DNA of 61,326 nt, filler included, from Squatina squatina (lineage: Eukaryota), in NCBI GenBank assembly GCA_031763465.1. It is 4 parts of 4 records of this genome, joined end to end, with 100 filler letters (N's around TTAATTAATTAA, not from the genome) between each part and the next. Parts side by side here need not be neighbours in the genome. Positions count along the whole stretch, not along the records: positions 48,799 to 61,326 come from JARFOE010000073.1; 3 more parts are not named here. One strand, given 5' to 3'. A program made the position numbers and the translations under genes. The notes under the pieces were generated by a model, which was not told where the DNA came from, made no database searches, and worked only from the letters and a program-made list of their open reading frames with translations. Below, piece after piece: positions 60,631 to 61,326 of the stretch (the first letter of the stretch is position 1; each line of letters begins with the position of its first letter).

Positions 60631-60786
60631 TTGCCGTTTAGATGATGCTAGAGGGGAGGTGGGATATCCTGGAATCCAGGGGGGTCTGCTTTCTTTAGGT
60701 GGTGCCTGATTTTTCTTTAGTTCTGAAGATACTGTAGCTTTCTGAAAGCAGGCTTGCATTGCAAGAGCTCTCTGCCCTTTATGCTG
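60631..60786 (-). CDS. KIAA0753: Moonraker (KIAA0753)-like internal exon
   Basis: Acceptor ttttag|CAG. Reads QHKGQRALAMQACFQKATVSSELKKNQAPPKESRPPWIPGYPTSPLASSKR, resembling the recalled moonraker segment F..PTVSS.LK.N..P.K....PWIP..PTSP.AS.K. The donor is either CG|GCAAGT (end 60635) or CAA|GTAACT (end 60631). Confidence 0.65.
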
Positions 60787-60960
60787 CTAAAATCCAGAAA
60801 TGAAAAGAAAAATAAACATGAATGGTAATGGACAGAATGACTGTATAATCAATCGAGAGATTTTTAAAAAATGGAAAGTTCTATAGCTGCAGTACAAGAG
60901 TAGATGTTCAGAGGCCAGCAACAAACCTTGTAGCCATTCATAGCAACCTCTAAAGACATA

Positions 60961-61215
60961 GGGGAAATTTTTCGGGGTCGGGTGGGGGGCGTCAGCAAGC
61001 CGGAATTCCACTGTCAACCCGCCACCACATGCCTTTTCCAGATGTCGGGTCTGTCAGCACTGAACAGACCCGACTCAGAGGCGGGGGAAGCAATTCAGGT
61101 CATTATGACCTTGTTAACAGCCCATTAAGAAGTATTTTGAGATCACCTTTACATTTTAGAAGGTTGCCCACGGGGTCCACGTTGCTCGGGCATCACGTCA
61201 GGTAAAGAGGTCGGG
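60961..61215. mobile_element. Probable Harbinger-type MITE, left portion
   Basis: Starts ggggaaatttttcgggg and is CpG-rich. Confidence 0.4.
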
Positions 61216-61249
61216 AATTGTATGACCATGGAATCATCTCATTACTTGA

Positions 61250-61326
61250 CCCCAGGGCCAGATAGCCTGCATCCCAGAGTGCTTAAGGAAGTAGCCCCAG
61301 AAATAGTGGATGCATTAGTGATAATT
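61250..61326 (+). mobile_element. CR1 ORF2 fragment
   Basis: Reads PGPDSLHPRVLKEVAPEIVDALVII, the CR1 SPGPDGxHPRVLKE motif. Confidence 0.85.

Overview
This is vertebrate genomic DNA, most likely from a shark or other elasmobranch, judged from its repeats: SacSINE1-type DeuSINEs, abundant CR1/L2/RTE LINE fragments, Penelope-like elements and Harbinger MITEs. The assembly is heavily fragmented. Short contigs are joined by fixed 100-N and 10-N gaps, and three artificial 100-nt linkers (N44-TTAATTAATTAA-N44 at 12135, 28248 and 48699) divide the window into four blocks whose adjacency is not biological. Block 1 (1-12134) holds two PDE1 catalytic-domain exons and one unidentified exon. Block 2 (12235-28247) holds the start of a neuromedin U receptor (NMUR1-like) and a dead Harbinger transposase. 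Block 3 (28348-48698) holds a conserved AVEN(-), CHRM5(+), EMC7(-), KATNBL1(-) cluster; the AVEN, KATNBL1 and upstream EMC7 exons are absent from the ORF track. Block 4 (48799-61326) holds a ~1.2-kb exon-like frame with a single in-frame TGA, a 30-bp minisatellite and a KIAA0753/moonraker-like exon. I found no CRISPR array, RNA gene or prokaryotic-type system, and no convincing novel system. The best leads are a Tyr-to-Glu change in the conserved CHRM5 ICL2, the single-TGA long frame, convergent polyA signals at the AVEN 3' end, and the Harbinger transposase with its MITE relatives. All gene identifications rest on recalled protein sequences, not database searches.
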